A stretch of 62,894 nt of DNA, counting the filler, from an uncultured Methanosarcinales archaeon (GTDB lineage: Archaea; Nanobdellota; Nanobdellia; Woesearchaeales; JAGLXL01), in the NCBI GenBank assembly GCA_964472345.1. It is 21 parts of 21 records of this genome, joined end to end, with 100 filler letters (N's around TTAATTAATTAA, not from the genome) between each part and the next. Parts side by side here need not be neighbours in the genome. Positions count along the whole stretch, not along the records: positions 7,761 to 11,380 come from CAYYLB010000092.1; positions 11,481 to 15,053 come from CAYYLB010000093.1; positions 15,154 to 18,607 come from CAYYLB010000094.1; positions 18,708 to 21,927 come from CAYYLB010000096.1; 17 more parts are not named here. One strand, written 5' to 3'. Below, one piece after another: positions 9,832 through 19,921 of this stretch. A program made the position numbers and the translations under genes. Numbering within the stretch: the stretch's first letter is position 1; each line of letters starts with the position of its first letter. A model generated the notes under the pieces. It did no database searches, was not told where the DNA came from, and was given only the letters and a program-made list of their open reading frames with translations.

Positions 9832-9887
9832 GAAAAAAACACCTCTTGTTTTTTTGTGTCTCAGAAATCCATGATTTCTTAGACACG
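9828..9887. repeat. 55-bp double-hairpin insertion flanked by ACACG direct repeat
   Basis: ACACG-AAAAAAAC..GTTTTTTT-GTGT-CTCAGAAATC-CAT-GATTTCTTAG-ACACG. Confidence 0.8.
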
Positions 9888-10106
9888 CTCCCACGCCTCG
9901 TCCTCCCTATTATCCCAGAGTTCTTTCATTTTTGGCTGCTGGATCTTATGAAGAAACTCGTCGTACTGGTTCATTTTCCGGACTGCAATGAACACTTTTG
10001 CCATCTGGGAGAGCAATTCATTATAGGTCTGGTGCGGATGCTCTTTTGCTTTCTTCAGCTGCGTGATGACCTCTTTCCTCAGCTGGATTGTTGATACTCC
10101 TGTCAT
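9879..10106 (-). CDS. Antitoxin partner of the PemK toxin
   Basis: STIQLRKEVITQLKKAKEHPHQTYNELL N-terminus; LWDNREDEAW C-terminal motif; directly upstream of the toxin. Confidence 0.75.
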   Translation of the reverse strand: MTGVSTIQLRKEVITQLKKAKEHPHQTYNELLSQMAKVFIAVRKMNQYDEFLHKIQQPKMKELWDNREDEAWERV

Positions 10107-10164
10107 ATATTGCCTCTTATATATCAATTATATACTAACTATATAAATCTTGTGCCGTGAATAG

Positions 10165-11379
10165 TCACACTTCTTTCGCAAAGAAAATATTGTGCTTGCT
10201 CCTGAGGAGCCTGAGCCTCACGCCCTTGCCTATCTGAGCTTCTGAGCCGAAGACGGTGATGACGCGCTCTTGCGCAACCGCCAAACGGGTCTTGGGGTAG
10301 CGGCCGGGGGCGACGATAACCGCCTGAACGGTGTCGCCCTTGCGGAAAGGCTTGGGCAGCTGCGTTGTCTCTGCTACCTTGAAGTCCTTCTTGAAGTCGA
10401 GAAGAAGGCGCATCCCCACCTCTTTTTCGAGCGCGCGCAGCTTCTCCCTGAACGCGTCCCAGCCGAGCGCTTTCACGGGGTTGCGTCCGGTCGTGTAGTT
10501 CATGAAGTTCTGGATGCAGAGCATGGGGTGGTTGCGCTGCGGAAGTGTCTTGGCGAATTCTGCCAGCTTTGGCAGTTCGCGGTCGTTGTAGCCGGGGACG
10601 TAGAGCGGGGCAATCAGGAAGTCAACGCCCTTCTCCGCGGCGTAGCGGATCATGCTCACGACGTGCGGGACGTTGTAGGGAGCGCCGGCCATTTTTGAAG
10701 CGATTTCCTGCCCGAGGGCGTTGAGGGAGATGTTGAGGCGCAGCTTCGGATAGCGTGCGAGCTGGTCGAGCAGCGGCTTGCTGAGCAGCGTGCCGTTGGT
10801 GTCGGTGCTGATCTGATAGACCTGCTCCATGGCAGAGAGGTCGGCGACAAGTTCAACAAACTCATGGTAGAAAAGCGGCTCGCCCTGGACGCCAATGTGC
10901 GCCTCCACGGGAACGCCGAGGAAATCGGCCAGCTTCCGGAACTCCTCCAGCAGGTAGTCGCGCTCGACGAGGTAGTCAGTCTGGTTTGAGCTGAGCCCTT
11001 CATTGACGGAGCAGTAGACACAGTCGAGGTTGCAGGTGGTCTGCGGCTTGACTTCGATGATGGAGGTGCCGCGGTGGATCAGCCCGAATGAAAGACTGCC
11101 GGTGAGGGGGATGCCGCTGTTCCTGTGGATGTAGACTGCCGGGTTCTTGGTGAGGATGGAGCGAAGCTGAGGCATTTTTGCCGCGAGGAGGGCGTTGAAG
11201 CGGCGCTCGGCGCGCTCTTGGGAGCAATCAAACTCAAGCGATTTCTGCCGGACGGTGCACGGGGCGATCCTTTCAAGCTCCTGCCTCCCGAGCTCGAGGT
11301 AGAAGCGCCTGCTGAGATTGACGCGGACATTCTCCTGCTCTTCCCAGAAATCGAGGGACTGGAAGGTGAGGAGGGCCAT
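10165..11379 (-). CDS. Radical SAM protein with C-terminal TRAM-like domain
   Basis: CNLDCVYC, GVQGEPL, TDTNGTLL; C-terminal ...LRLLRSKHNIFFA. Confidence 0.85.
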   Translation of the reverse strand: MALLTFQSLDFWEEQENVRVNLSRRFYLELGRQELERIAPCTVRQKSLEFDCSQERAERRFNALLAAKMPQLRSILTKNPAVYIHRNSGIPLTGSLSFGLIHRGTSIIEVKPQTTCNLDCVYCSVNEGLSSNQTDYLVERDYLLEEFRKLADFLGVPVEAHIGVQGEPLFYHEFVELVADLSAMEQVYQISTDTNGTLLSKPLLDQLARYPKLRLNISLNALGQEIASKMAGAPYNVPHVVSMIRYAAEKGVDFLIAPLYVPGYNDRELPKLAEFAKTLPQRNHPMLCIQNFMNYTTGRNPVKALGWDAFREKLRALEKEVGMRLLLDFKKDFKVAETTQLPKPFRKGDTVQAVIVAPGRYPKTRLAVAQERVITVFGSEAQIGKGVRLRLLRSKHNIFFAKEV

Positions 11380-11480
11380 GNNNNNNNNNNNNNNNNNNNN
11401 NNNNNNNNNNNNNNNNNNNNNNNNTTAATTAATTAANNNNNNNNNNNNNNNNNNNNNNNNNNNNNNNNNNNNNNNNNNNN

Positions 11481-11543
11481 ATTGGCTGGATTTACTACCC
11501 AGAACTAGCCAGAAAATACCATGCACGAACTGATTTGCGGTGA
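11481..11543 (+). CDS. 3' end of probable antitoxin/HTH partner gene
   Basis: IGWIYYPELARKYHARTDLR* ends just before the RelE-like gene. Confidence 0.45.
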   Translation: MGWIYYPELARKYHARTDLR

Positions 11544-11548
11544 TATCA

Positions 11549-11884
11549 ATGAAACTTCCTTCTACTTACCGATTCGCAGATGAAAAGATCAAAGAAGCAT
11601 ACTATAAATTAGAACGGGGTGATGACCAAGAACGAGAACTTTTCAAACTCATTAAACAAGCACTGGTCAATATTGAAGAGAATGCGTTTTGTGGGATTCA
11701 GATCCCCAAACGACTTATCCCAAAAGAATATGCGCAAAGATAGGGTGTGGGGAATGTATGGAAATATGATTTACCGCGAGGTTGGAGAATTATTTACTCT
11801 ATTGCCCGAGAAGAGGTTATCGTTATCAGTTTAATTCTGGAATGGTTTGATCATAAAGAGTATGAACGACGATTCAATTATTAG
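11549..11884 (+). pseudogene. RelE-like toxin with in-frame TAG at 11741-11743
   Basis: Same frame continues ...IPKEYAQR*GVGNVWKYDLPRGWRIIYSI...EWFDHKEYERRFNY*. Confidence 0.75.
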
Positions 11885-11966
11885 GTCGCCGCATTCTTAA
11901 AAGATTACGTCAAGAGATTGTTCCCCAGTTTTAGTCCGTGTGTGCCCCGAGTAATAATTGAGTTTA

Positions 11967-12125
11967 TCACCTCTCCACCGCCTTCGCCGTGATTTCGAGC
12001 GAGCAGCTGTGGTGGCTCCTGCAGTAGTCCTCGCAGCGCTGCGCGAGCTCGCGCGTTGCATAGGCGAAGCCGCACGACTCGCAGATGAACAGGGTCTTGT
12101 GCTGATGGGTTTCCTGCGTGACCAT
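11967..12125 (-). CDS. Small Cys/His zinc-finger-like protein (52 aa)
   Basis: MVTQETHQHKTLFICESCGFAYATRELAQRCEDYCRSHHSCSLEITAKAVER; TTTAAA upstream; not in the ORF track. Confidence 0.8.
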   Translation of the reverse strand: MVTQETHQHKTLFICESCGFAYATRELAQRCEDYCRSHHSCSLEITAKAVER

Positions 12126-12177
12126 TGTGCGCCTAGAGAATGCCTGGAAAGCGGCTGAGGATTTAAATGTTGCTGGC

Positions 12178-13122
12178 TCAAGTGTGGTGAAGAATCGGTT
12201 CTCCTACCTCAGGAAACTCTTCGCGCAGTTCTCTGATCCTATCGCGTACTTTTGCAGCAGCCTCATAGTTCTCTTTCTTTATCAGTCTTTGGAGAGTATC
12301 TTCAAGGAAAGTTACCTTCGATTCAGAGAGAGTATGGATGCGCTCATCGAGGACGCGCATACGAGCGGCTTTTTTCTCGAGAAAATCGAGAAGATCGCAT
12401 GTTCCCTTCGTCGGCTCGCTGTTGTCATCGAGTGAGAAGGCCTCCGGTTCTCGATAAATTCTTTCGGAAAGCATTTGCAGGTAATGCAGACTCCGTCGCG
12501 CTCTCTCCAGGTCCTCGCCTGTGCCATTACAGGTGTCAAGAAGTTCCCCGAGCTCCCGTTCCCTGCGTTCGTAGATGGCGCAGAGGGCAGCCATATAAAC
12601 ATCATCGACCAGTAGCCCTTGTTGAGCGACCTCTGCAAATGCTCCTTTGAGGTCTTTATCTATCTGCTGATGGAGCCCGAACAGTTCCCTCGCACGCGGC
12701 TCCGGCTTGCCCGTTACTGTAATACCATAGAGTTCTTCTGCTTTCTCTGCCAAGAAAAGAGAAAAGTCGCGGCGTGTTGCGTATTCGCCCATGAGAAGCA
12801 AACCGCGCTCGAAGCTTGCCTTTGCGTCCGTCATTCCATTCGACTGGTAATCAGTACGGAGATGATCGAGGAGGCGTTTTACCCCGGCAGCTGTAAGCGC
12901 ATTCATTTCAGGAAACGCTGGGCTGAGGTAGCTGTCTAATTCCCCCTGCGCAGCGATCGCATAAAACATCCCCCGCAGAAGGTGCTTTTCGTCGAAGCGG
13001 ATTTCTCGCTCTCCGCCAGTGCCACTTTTTTCGAACCACTCACGAACGATGTTTTCACCTTTCTCGTCAAAAAGTCCTTCAAGGCCGCTGATTGCCTTGT
13101 CGATATCCCTATTGCCAGCCAT
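12178..13122 (-). CDS. Hypothetical helical protein with C-terminal UvrB/UvrC (UVR) motif
   Basis: LQRLIKKENYEAAAKVRDRIRELRE. Confidence 0.7.
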   Translation of the reverse strand: MAGNRDIDKAISGLEGLFDEKGENIVREWFEKSGTGGEREIRFDEKHLLRGMFYAIAAQGELDSYLSPAFPEMNALTAAGVKRLLDHLRTDYQSNGMTDAKASFERGLLLMGEYATRRDFSLFLAEKAEELYGITVTGKPEPRARELFGLHQQIDKDLKGAFAEVAQQGLLVDDVYMAALCAIYERRERELGELLDTCNGTGEDLERARRSLHYLQMLSERIYREPEAFSLDDNSEPTKGTCDLLDFLEKKAARMRVLDERIHTLSESKVTFLEDTLQRLIKKENYEAAAKVRDRIRELREEFPEVGEPILHHT

Positions 13123-13257
13123 TCCCGCGGTTTATTATATAAAGTATATAAATTTTAATGTTTTAACCGCTCATTCCTCCCATTGATATGGCCACCAACT
13201 TATATGACCTTTTTGTCCCACTATCTTTAAATCCGTCCGTGCCTTGGAAAGGGGCAA

Positions 13258-14097
13258 GTGAGCAAAATGTCCTACTCAGCGTCCTCCTCGGGAAGCCCGT
13301 GCGGCTACAGCGGGATGGCTGCGGGAGGCGCCAGCTCCGGCTATGGGGGCATTGGCGCGCTCGTCAGCGGCTATGAAAGCAGCCCGCTGCAGTACCATGC
13401 GCTCGCTCCGGCGCAGTACGATGCATCGGTTGGGCACCATGCACTCGGAGCGCTGTACTCGGGAAGAGAAGCTGCGCAGCACATCTACCAGCACGCCGTC
13501 GATGTCGCGGAGAGCGCCATTCGCGCAAACAGGCTCGCGCAGGAGTATGCATTTGTCCCTGATGACTTCCTGAAGCCGGACCGGGCGGCGCAGGCGTTCG
13601 TCGGCGACGCCGCAGCGATTGAAGAGGAGGGCAAAGAAGCGTTCACCGCAACGACGGGGGATGTGTTCCCCGCCGACGTCCGCATCACCATCCTGCAGCT
13701 GCGTGAGTTCCGGAAGCTCGCTCCCGACGCGAGCGTTGTCGGCTTTTCCGTCAACCGCAGGCATGAAGGCCTGCTCAGTGATATTGTCCTGCTCGCTGCA
13801 GAAAAAGACCGCGCGCTCCTCACCCTGGGGCATGAGCTCGGCCACGTGCTGAGCAGAACCCTCGCAAGCAGGCACGATGAGGAAGCGAAGGCGTTCGCAT
13901 TTACCCGCGCATGGATGGATGCCATCCGGCGTGAGAACATCGCGGGCCTGCGCGACGCGATCGTGCCCGAGCAGCCGGCGCAGAACGGGCTGCACGATGT
14001 GGCGTTTGTGTTTGTGCAGCGGCTGCTGAATACGGGGAAGGAAGCGCTTGAGGTATATGGGGAGCTTGTCAATGGGGGAGTAGGGGTGCGTGGTTAA
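13258..14097 (+). CDS. Putative zincin-like metallopeptidase
   Basis: TLGHELGHVL then DEEAKAFAF. Confidence 0.7.
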   Translation: MSKMSYSASSSGSPCGYSGMAAGGASSGYGGIGALVSGYESSPLQYHALAPAQYDASVGHHALGALYSGREAAQHIYQHAVDVAESAIRANRLAQEYAFVPDDFLKPDRAAQAFVGDAAAIEEEGKEAFTATTGDVFPADVRITILQLREFRKLAPDASVVGFSVNRRHEGLLSDIVLLAAEKDRALLTLGHELGHVLSRTLASRHDEEAKAFAFTRAWMDAIRRENIAGLRDAIVPEQPAQNGLHDVAFVFVQRLLNTGKEALEVYGELVNGGVGVRG

Positions 14098-14432
14098 TGT
14101 CTCATGAACAGGCGGTCGCTGCATACGCAATGTCCGTTTCACTCCAAGTGACGGTACCTGAGACGCTCATTCATGTTGGCCGTGAAGCTGCAAAGCCTAC
14201 ATCGGGTGGACAATATTATAAGCCTTTGTATGTTGGTGCTAATCCCCTTCAGCAGATCGCTGATTCTGTTGGGCGTCTTGAGCGTCATAACAGATATGAT
14301 TCTCGACTGCAGCAGGCAGGAGGCTATGATCCAATGAGCAGACAAATACTTGAAGGGATTCTTGGGAACGGCCCTTCATCATCGCAACGACCGAAGTATG
14401 AGCATGAGTTGTATCGGCCGAACCTGAATTGA
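14097..14432 (+). CDS. Hypothetical protein (AT-richer than neighbours)
   Basis: TAATG stop-start coupling with the upstream gene. Confidence 0.55.
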   Translation: MSHEQAVAAYAMSVSLQVTVPETLIHVGREAAKPTSGGQYYKPLYVGANPLQQIADSVGRLERHNRYDSRLQQAGGYDPMSRQILEGILGNGPSSSQRPKYEHELYRPNLN

Positions 14433-14475
14433 GTTCCCGAAGAATATTTATAAAGTTTGGAAGCTGTGGGCTCGT

Positions 14476-15053
14476 ATGATCAGCCAACTCAGAAAAATCT
14501 TCGGTTCTCGGACGAAGGCACTGGAAGCGTTATATCTATTGAAAGATATGAAGCCGGTTGCGCGGTTCGGCTTCTACCCGCACGAGCTTGCGCCGGTCGA
14601 GCGCTTCTGCTCGGAGAGGGGGCTGTTCATCGAGCGCTCGCCTTCCAAGGTGCTGCTTTCGGATCACGGCGCCTTTTCCGACGAGGGGACGCTTGTTCCT
14701 GCGGAGCATCCCTCCGGCATGTTCCTTGTCTACATCAGCAGGAACCAGATGGCAGCGCTGCAGACGTGCCTTGCGGAGACGCGGCAGGATCACCTTACGG
14801 CGGGGCTGCTGCTGGGCTACCCGCGCTGCTGCGCAGCCTTCTTCGCCCGGGAGGCCGCGAAAGGGAACGTGAAGCCTGTGCATCCAGCGGTGAACCTGTG
14901 GACGAATCTCGCGCTGCGCGAGCAGGATGTCGTGCTGCTGAGCCACTTTCCCTGCCGGCCGGACTGCGAGGAGAGCGTGCGGATGGCGAAGGAGCGGCTG
15001 GCGATGATCGAAACGCACGACAGGGGGCTGGCGGAGGAGATGGAGCGGAAGCT
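14476..15053 (+). CDS. DUF483-like protein, 3' partial
   Basis: GLLLGYPRCC and LSHFPCRPDCEES motifs. Confidence 0.7.
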
Positions 15054-15153
15054 NNNNNNNNNNNNNNNNNNNNNNNNNNNNNNNNNNNNNNNNNNNNTTA
15101 ATTAATTAANNNNNNNNNNNNNNNNNNNNNNNNNNNNNNNNNNNNNNNNNNNN

Positions 15154-17396
15154 CCGTCCGGCTACTGCGAGGAGTGGTGGGTCCAGGACGTTGAGCGCGC
15201 TTCTGTGAATCTTTTCGAGTCGCTCGATGCGGAGAAACTTGCTTCCTACCTTGAGCTGCCTGCGCATCACATTGAGCAGCTGTTTTTGGAGCCTTTGGCG
15301 ACCCGCGTCTCTTTTGAGCAAGCGCTGCGATACGCAGAGCGCCTGAAGGTGCCCCTCCACCCATCGTTCACCTACTTCTGGAATGCGCTCACTCCCGATG
15401 ATCTCCGCGCGCTGATTACCTGGGGCGCATCCGGGCGCTATGAACTCAATGAACGCACTATCATAAAAATCATCCTTCCCCTTACCCCCAATCACCAGCG
15501 CGCAAAGCGCGCATTGGAGCTGATCGGGATCCCCCACGATGTCGCCAGCACAGAGCATGTGGTCCTGCGCGGCGATGATGCGGCGTGCCTTGCTGCCTGC
15601 TTAGGCCTGCCTGAGTGCCGAAAGCTGCATGAGCTCGTGGGAAACGGCTCAGCGTCCGTCCTGGAACTTGTCAATGCTGCTGCCCCATTCATCATTCGGG
15701 ACAAAGCGGGAACATTCATCGGTGCGCGCATGGGGAGGCCGGAGAAGGCAAAGATGCGCAAAATGGCGGGAAGCCCCCATCTCCTCTTTCCGGTCGGAGC
15801 CGAAGGAGACCGCCTGCGCAGCTTCCAGTCTGCACTGCAGCGCGGCACCATCCACGCGCAATTCCCCGTTTACTTCTGTCCGTCGTGCCGCGAGAAGACT
15901 ATCTATCGCTGCTGCGATCACTGTGGAAACCGTACCGAACAATGGTATTCCTGCACAACGTGCGGAGCGGACGCGCAGCCGCGCTGCATCCACGGGGAGA
16001 GGGAGCCTTTCGCCCAGCAGGATCTTGACGTGCGTTTCCACTTCACCCGCGCTTTGGGGCTGCTGGGGCTCACCACATACCCCGATCTCATCAAAGGCGT
16101 GCGTGGCACGTCCAACAAGAGCCATATCTGCGAGCACCTTGCCAAGGGCATCCTGCGCGCGAAGCACGGCATAGCCGTCAACAAGGACGGGACCACACGC
16201 TATGACATGACCGAGCTGCCGCTGACCCATTTCCGGCCGCGGGAGATCGGCACATCTGTTGAACGGCTCCGGGAGCTCGGCTACCTCTTGGACATATCCG
16301 GGAAGGAACTTCACGCGCCGGATCAGATCCTTGAGCTGAAACCACAAGACATCATCCTCCCTTCAAATGAGAATTCCCTTGATGAGTCCTCAAAGAAAGT
16401 GCTTTTTCGCATCGCACAGTTCATCGACGAGCTGCTCGAGAAGTTTTATCACTTGCCCCCGTTCTACCGGCTTGCCCGAGAAGAAGACCTGGTCGGGCAT
16501 CTCGTCGTCGGCCTGGCACCCCACATCTCCGCGGGGCTGATCGGGCGCATCATAGGCTTTTCCGACACCCAAGGGTGCTATGCACATCCCCTCTGGCACG
16601 CAGGCTTACGGCGGGACTGCGACGGAGACGAATGCTGCGTGATGCTCCTGCTCGATGCGCTGATCAACTTTTCACGGCAATACCTCCCCGATCAGCGCGG
16701 CGCGAAAACCATGGACAGCCCGCTGGTGCTGACGGTGCGCCTTATCCCCAGCGAAGTCGATGATCAGGCACAGGGACTTGATGTTGCCTGGCGGTATCCT
16801 CTTGAGCTGTACGAGGCAGCCGCGCAGTATAAAGACCCCTGGGAAGTGAAGGTCGACCAGATCCGGCAGCGCATCAACACCGAGCGGCAGTACGAGCAGT
16901 TCGGCTATACCCACCCCGTGAGCAGCATGAATATGGGGGTGAAATGCTCTGCATATAAAATCCTCCCCACGATGGAAGAGAAACTGCGCGGCCAGCTCGC
17001 ACTGGCGGTGAAAATCCGCGCCGTGCAGGCAGACGACGTCGCACGCCTTGTCATCGAGAAACATTTCATCCGCGACATCAAAGGAAACCTCCGCCAGTTT
17101 TCGCTGCAGAAGTTCCGCTGCGCGCGCTGCAACGGGAAATTCCGGCGGCCACCCCTGGTCGGCACGTGCACGCTGTGCGGCGGCAAGCTCCTGTTCACCG
17201 TTTCAGAAGGCTCCATCACCAAGTACCTCGAGCCGAGCATAAAGCTTACGCGCGATTTCAAGCTGCCCCCTTACCTGGTCCAATCGCTGGAAATAACCAA
17301 GCGCCGCGTCGAGAGCGTTTTCGGGCGGGTGCGGGAGAAGCAGTCGGGGCTGCTCGTATGGGTCAGCCCAGCCGGAGCACCTGCGCATGCGGGACC
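15154..17396 (+). CDS. polC: DNA polymerase D large subunit DP2, C-terminal part
   Basis: GYCEEWW, FIGARMGRPEKAK, HLVVGLAPHISAG, RRDCDGDE, C-terminal zinc fingers. Confidence 0.97.
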
Positions 17397-17509
17397 NNNN
17401 NNNNNNNNNNNNNNNNNNNNNNNNNNNNNNNNNNNNNNNNNNNNNNNNNNNNNNNNNNNNNNNNNNNNNNNNNNNNNNNNNNNNNNNNNNNNNNNNATTC
17501 ACCACAAAC

Positions 17510-17923
17510 TCAGCCGCCTTTGACGACATGTTCCTCACCGCAGGCCGTACAATGGAGATAGGTCGCTCCATCCTTTTTTGCGAGCCTCGTGTCCGGCTTC
17601 CCGCAGGACGAGCAGAGCACATACTCACCCGCATACTGGCGGACCTTCCTGTTGATTTTCGATGCAGGTATCTTCGCGCCGAGGATGGTCCGGTCGCCGT
17701 CCCACTTTCCCGGTGTTGCGAGCTCCTTGAGGAGAAACTTGAGCAGGTGGTCGGCGTCGCGGTTCACGTCCTTTGCAATCTTCCTGAGATTTGAGATAAT
17801 CGTCTTGTTCCCCTCGAGATGGCCGCGCACGCCCTCAATCTTGAAGCGATCGGTGCTCGTAATCGTCTCGGGAAGCTCCTGCATGGCCTTTTTGAGGAGC
17901 TGCCTGTAGCTGTCTTCGTCCAT
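17510..17923 (-). CDS. eif2b: Translation initiation factor aIF2 beta
   Basis: EGNKTIISN, HLLKFLLKELATPG, CSSCGKPDT, CTACG. Confidence 0.95.
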   Translation of the reverse strand: MDEDSYRQLLKKAMQELPETITSTDRFKIEGVRGHLEGNKTIISNLRKIAKDVNRDADHLLKFLLKELATPGKWDGDRTILGAKIPASKINRKVRQYAGEYVLCSSCGKPDTRLAKKDGATYLHCTACGEEHVVKGG

Positions 17924-18110
17924 GCGCCGTTCCTGGCGTCCCCCATATATAAATGTGCAGGTTGTGCAAGTTTGCCCATCTGTTTTCTGCTCAGCGCCCC
18001 TTTTCTGTTCCATCCTTATCGTCGGTGCCCCTCTCAAAGCGAAATCCGTAAGCTTTAAATATATCAGTTCTTTCATTCCCCGTGGCATCTATGAAAAAGG
18101 GGCAGGCAGC

Positions 18111-18607
18111 GTGAGAACGCTCACGCGATTATTCTTGTGCAGGGTGGTTAGCAGGCAGGCTGCCCTTCGTTCCACGCTCTGGTACCTGCTGCTCCTGTCG
18201 CTTCTGTTGGTCTTCCCATCACTCGTTTCCGCCGACAGTGGCGTTTCCAACGGCTCGTTCACGCTCATCGCGAACAGCACCCATTCCTATTACAACTTCA
18301 CGACCGGCACTGTCGGAGCGGCGGGGCACATCCGGCTCACCAATTTTACCAGCTACAACTCAGTCCTTGGCCGCTCCGGGAATGCGAGCATCATCGCGCT
18401 GGGCAACTTCTGGGGCGATTCCGACGGCCAGGAGTTTTTTGAGGACTTCTATCAAGTGGCCAATACCACCGTCACGCCGTTTTGGGGGGCGCTGCTCGAT
18501 TATATCCACGACACCAGCATCTATACCACTATCTATCCTAGCAGTGTCCTTGGCGTGCGCTTCCTGAACGGGAGCGGCCACGTGTTCTATGGGGCTGTTT
18601 TTGTCCG
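18111..18607 (+). CDS. Secreted/surface protein, partial
   Basis: Hydrophobic signal LLLLSLLLVFPSLVSA then many N-x-S/T sequons. Confidence 0.6.
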
Positions 18608-18777
18608 NNNNNNNNNNNNNNNNNNNNNNNNNNNNNNNNNNNNNNNNNNNNTTAATTAATTAANNNNNNNNNNNNNNNNNNNNNNNNNNNNNNNNNNNNN
18701 NNNNNNNGGGGGAGTGAGCAAGGTGATGGCCTAACCCTCCCGAAAACTATATAAACATGTTTAACATGATTACCGTC

Positions 18778-19014
18778 ATGGGCATCGTTGCGGTTCGTAA
18801 GGTTGATGAGCAGCTCTGGCGGTCGTTTAAGTCACGGCTTGTTCGGGAGAAGCTGACCCTCGGCGAAGGGCTCAACTTGGCGCTCAACAGCTGGCTCAGC
18901 ACTTCAGCAAAGAGAAAAGCACGCAGGAGTTTTTTCGATTCTCCCGCCGTCGAATTTACCGGAGATGATGCTGAGCGCCTCAGTGAGCGTGTGGATGAGG
19001 TCCTGTATGCGTGA
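18778..19014 (+). CDS. VapB-like (RHH) antitoxin
   Basis: Overlaps the PIN gene; ends ERLSERVDEVLY; palindrome CATGTTTAACATG in the promoter. Confidence 0.75.
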   Translation: MGIVAVRKVDEQLWRSFKSRLVREKLTLGEGLNLALNSWLSTSAKRKARRSFFDSPAVEFTGDDAERLSERVDEVLYA

Positions 19015-19421
19015 TGGCAGTCATTCTTGACACGTCCTATCTGATTGCCTATGTAAATAAGAGGGACGTCAATCATCATGAGGCACACGGACTTCGCCCT
19101 GCACTTGCCGGCGGGAAGTACGGCAGGCTCATCATTACCGATCTCATCTTCAGCGAGTTCGTAACACTCCTGAGGAAAAAGGCCCGGGATCCCCACCAAG
19201 CCGTGAAGGAAGGAGAGCTTCTCTTACACGACCCCGCACTATTCACGGCAGGAACCAGCAGTGTGGTGTTTTCTACCGCGTGGGAACTGTTTAAGCGCTA
19301 TCCCAGCGTGAGTTTTACCGACGCGGCAACTGCAGCACTTGCGCAGCGGATGAATATTCAGCATGTCTGTTCCTTTGACCGGGATTTCGACCGTTTCCCG
19401 TTTCTCCGGAGGGTGCACTGA
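19014..19421 (+). CDS. vapC: VapC PIN-domain toxin
   Basis: ILDTSYLIA, IFSEFVT, SFTDAAT, SFDRDFD. Confidence 0.9.
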   Translation: MAVILDTSYLIAYVNKRDVNHHEAHGLRPALAGGKYGRLIITDLIFSEFVTLLRKKARDPHQAVKEGELLLHDPALFTAGTSSVVFSTAWELFKRYPSVSFTDAATAALAQRMNIQHVCSFDRDFDRFPFLRRVH

Positions 19422-19428
19422 AGCTGCG

Positions 19429-19860
19429 TCACGCCAGCACAGCCACAGCGACAGCAACACAGAACCCAAACACCGCTCCCGCGATGACCTGCGCCGGCGT
19501 GTGGCCGAGCGCATAATGCGGCTCCCTGAGCTTCAGCCCGGCTTTCCTGATCAGCTGGTGCAGCAGCAGCCCTTCCTGGCCGGCAGTGCGGCGGACGCCC
19601 ATGGCATCAGTCAGCACGATGGAAGCCAGCGCGAGCGTGATGAAGAACGCGGTGCCCAGGCCTTCGCCCAGGTAAACGCTCACTGCGAGCCCGACGACGA
19701 GCGCGGAGTGCGACGACGGCATGCCGCCGGTTGCGACGAGGTCAAGCGGGTGCAGCTTCTTGTAGCGGACGAGGAAAATCAGGATCTTGAGCAGCTGCGC
19801 CCCCCCGCCGGCGATGAGGATCGTCAGGAAAAGCGGATGGGTGAGAAGCTCGCGGAGCAT
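19429..19860 (-). CDS. Divergent PAP2 family (DUF212) membrane protein
   Basis: TGGMPSSHSA, DAMGVRR, LGHTPAQVIAG. Confidence 0.92.
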   Translation of the reverse strand: MLRELLTHPLFLTILIAGGGAQLLKILIFLVRYKKLHPLDLVATGGMPSSHSALVVGLAVSVYLGEGLGTAFFITLALASIVLTDAMGVRRTAGQEGLLLHQLIRKAGLKLREPHYALGHTPAQVIAGAVFGFCVAVAVAVLA

Positions 19861-19921
19861 GGGAAAAGGAAAGCTTTAAAGATTTAAAAAGGTTTCTCAG
19901 GGTGATGGGGGACAGACGGGT

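Noticed and set aside
11741..11743. Amber recoding (pyrrolysine or alternative code)
   Set aside because: TAG ends several clear genes here (gatC, ppcA, the NTase-HEPN gene); a single case is better explained by mutation.
16590..16650. Intein or inactivation in PolD DP2 (RRDCDGDEC variant)
   Set aside because: The frame is continuous with no insertion and the catalytic DGD is intact.
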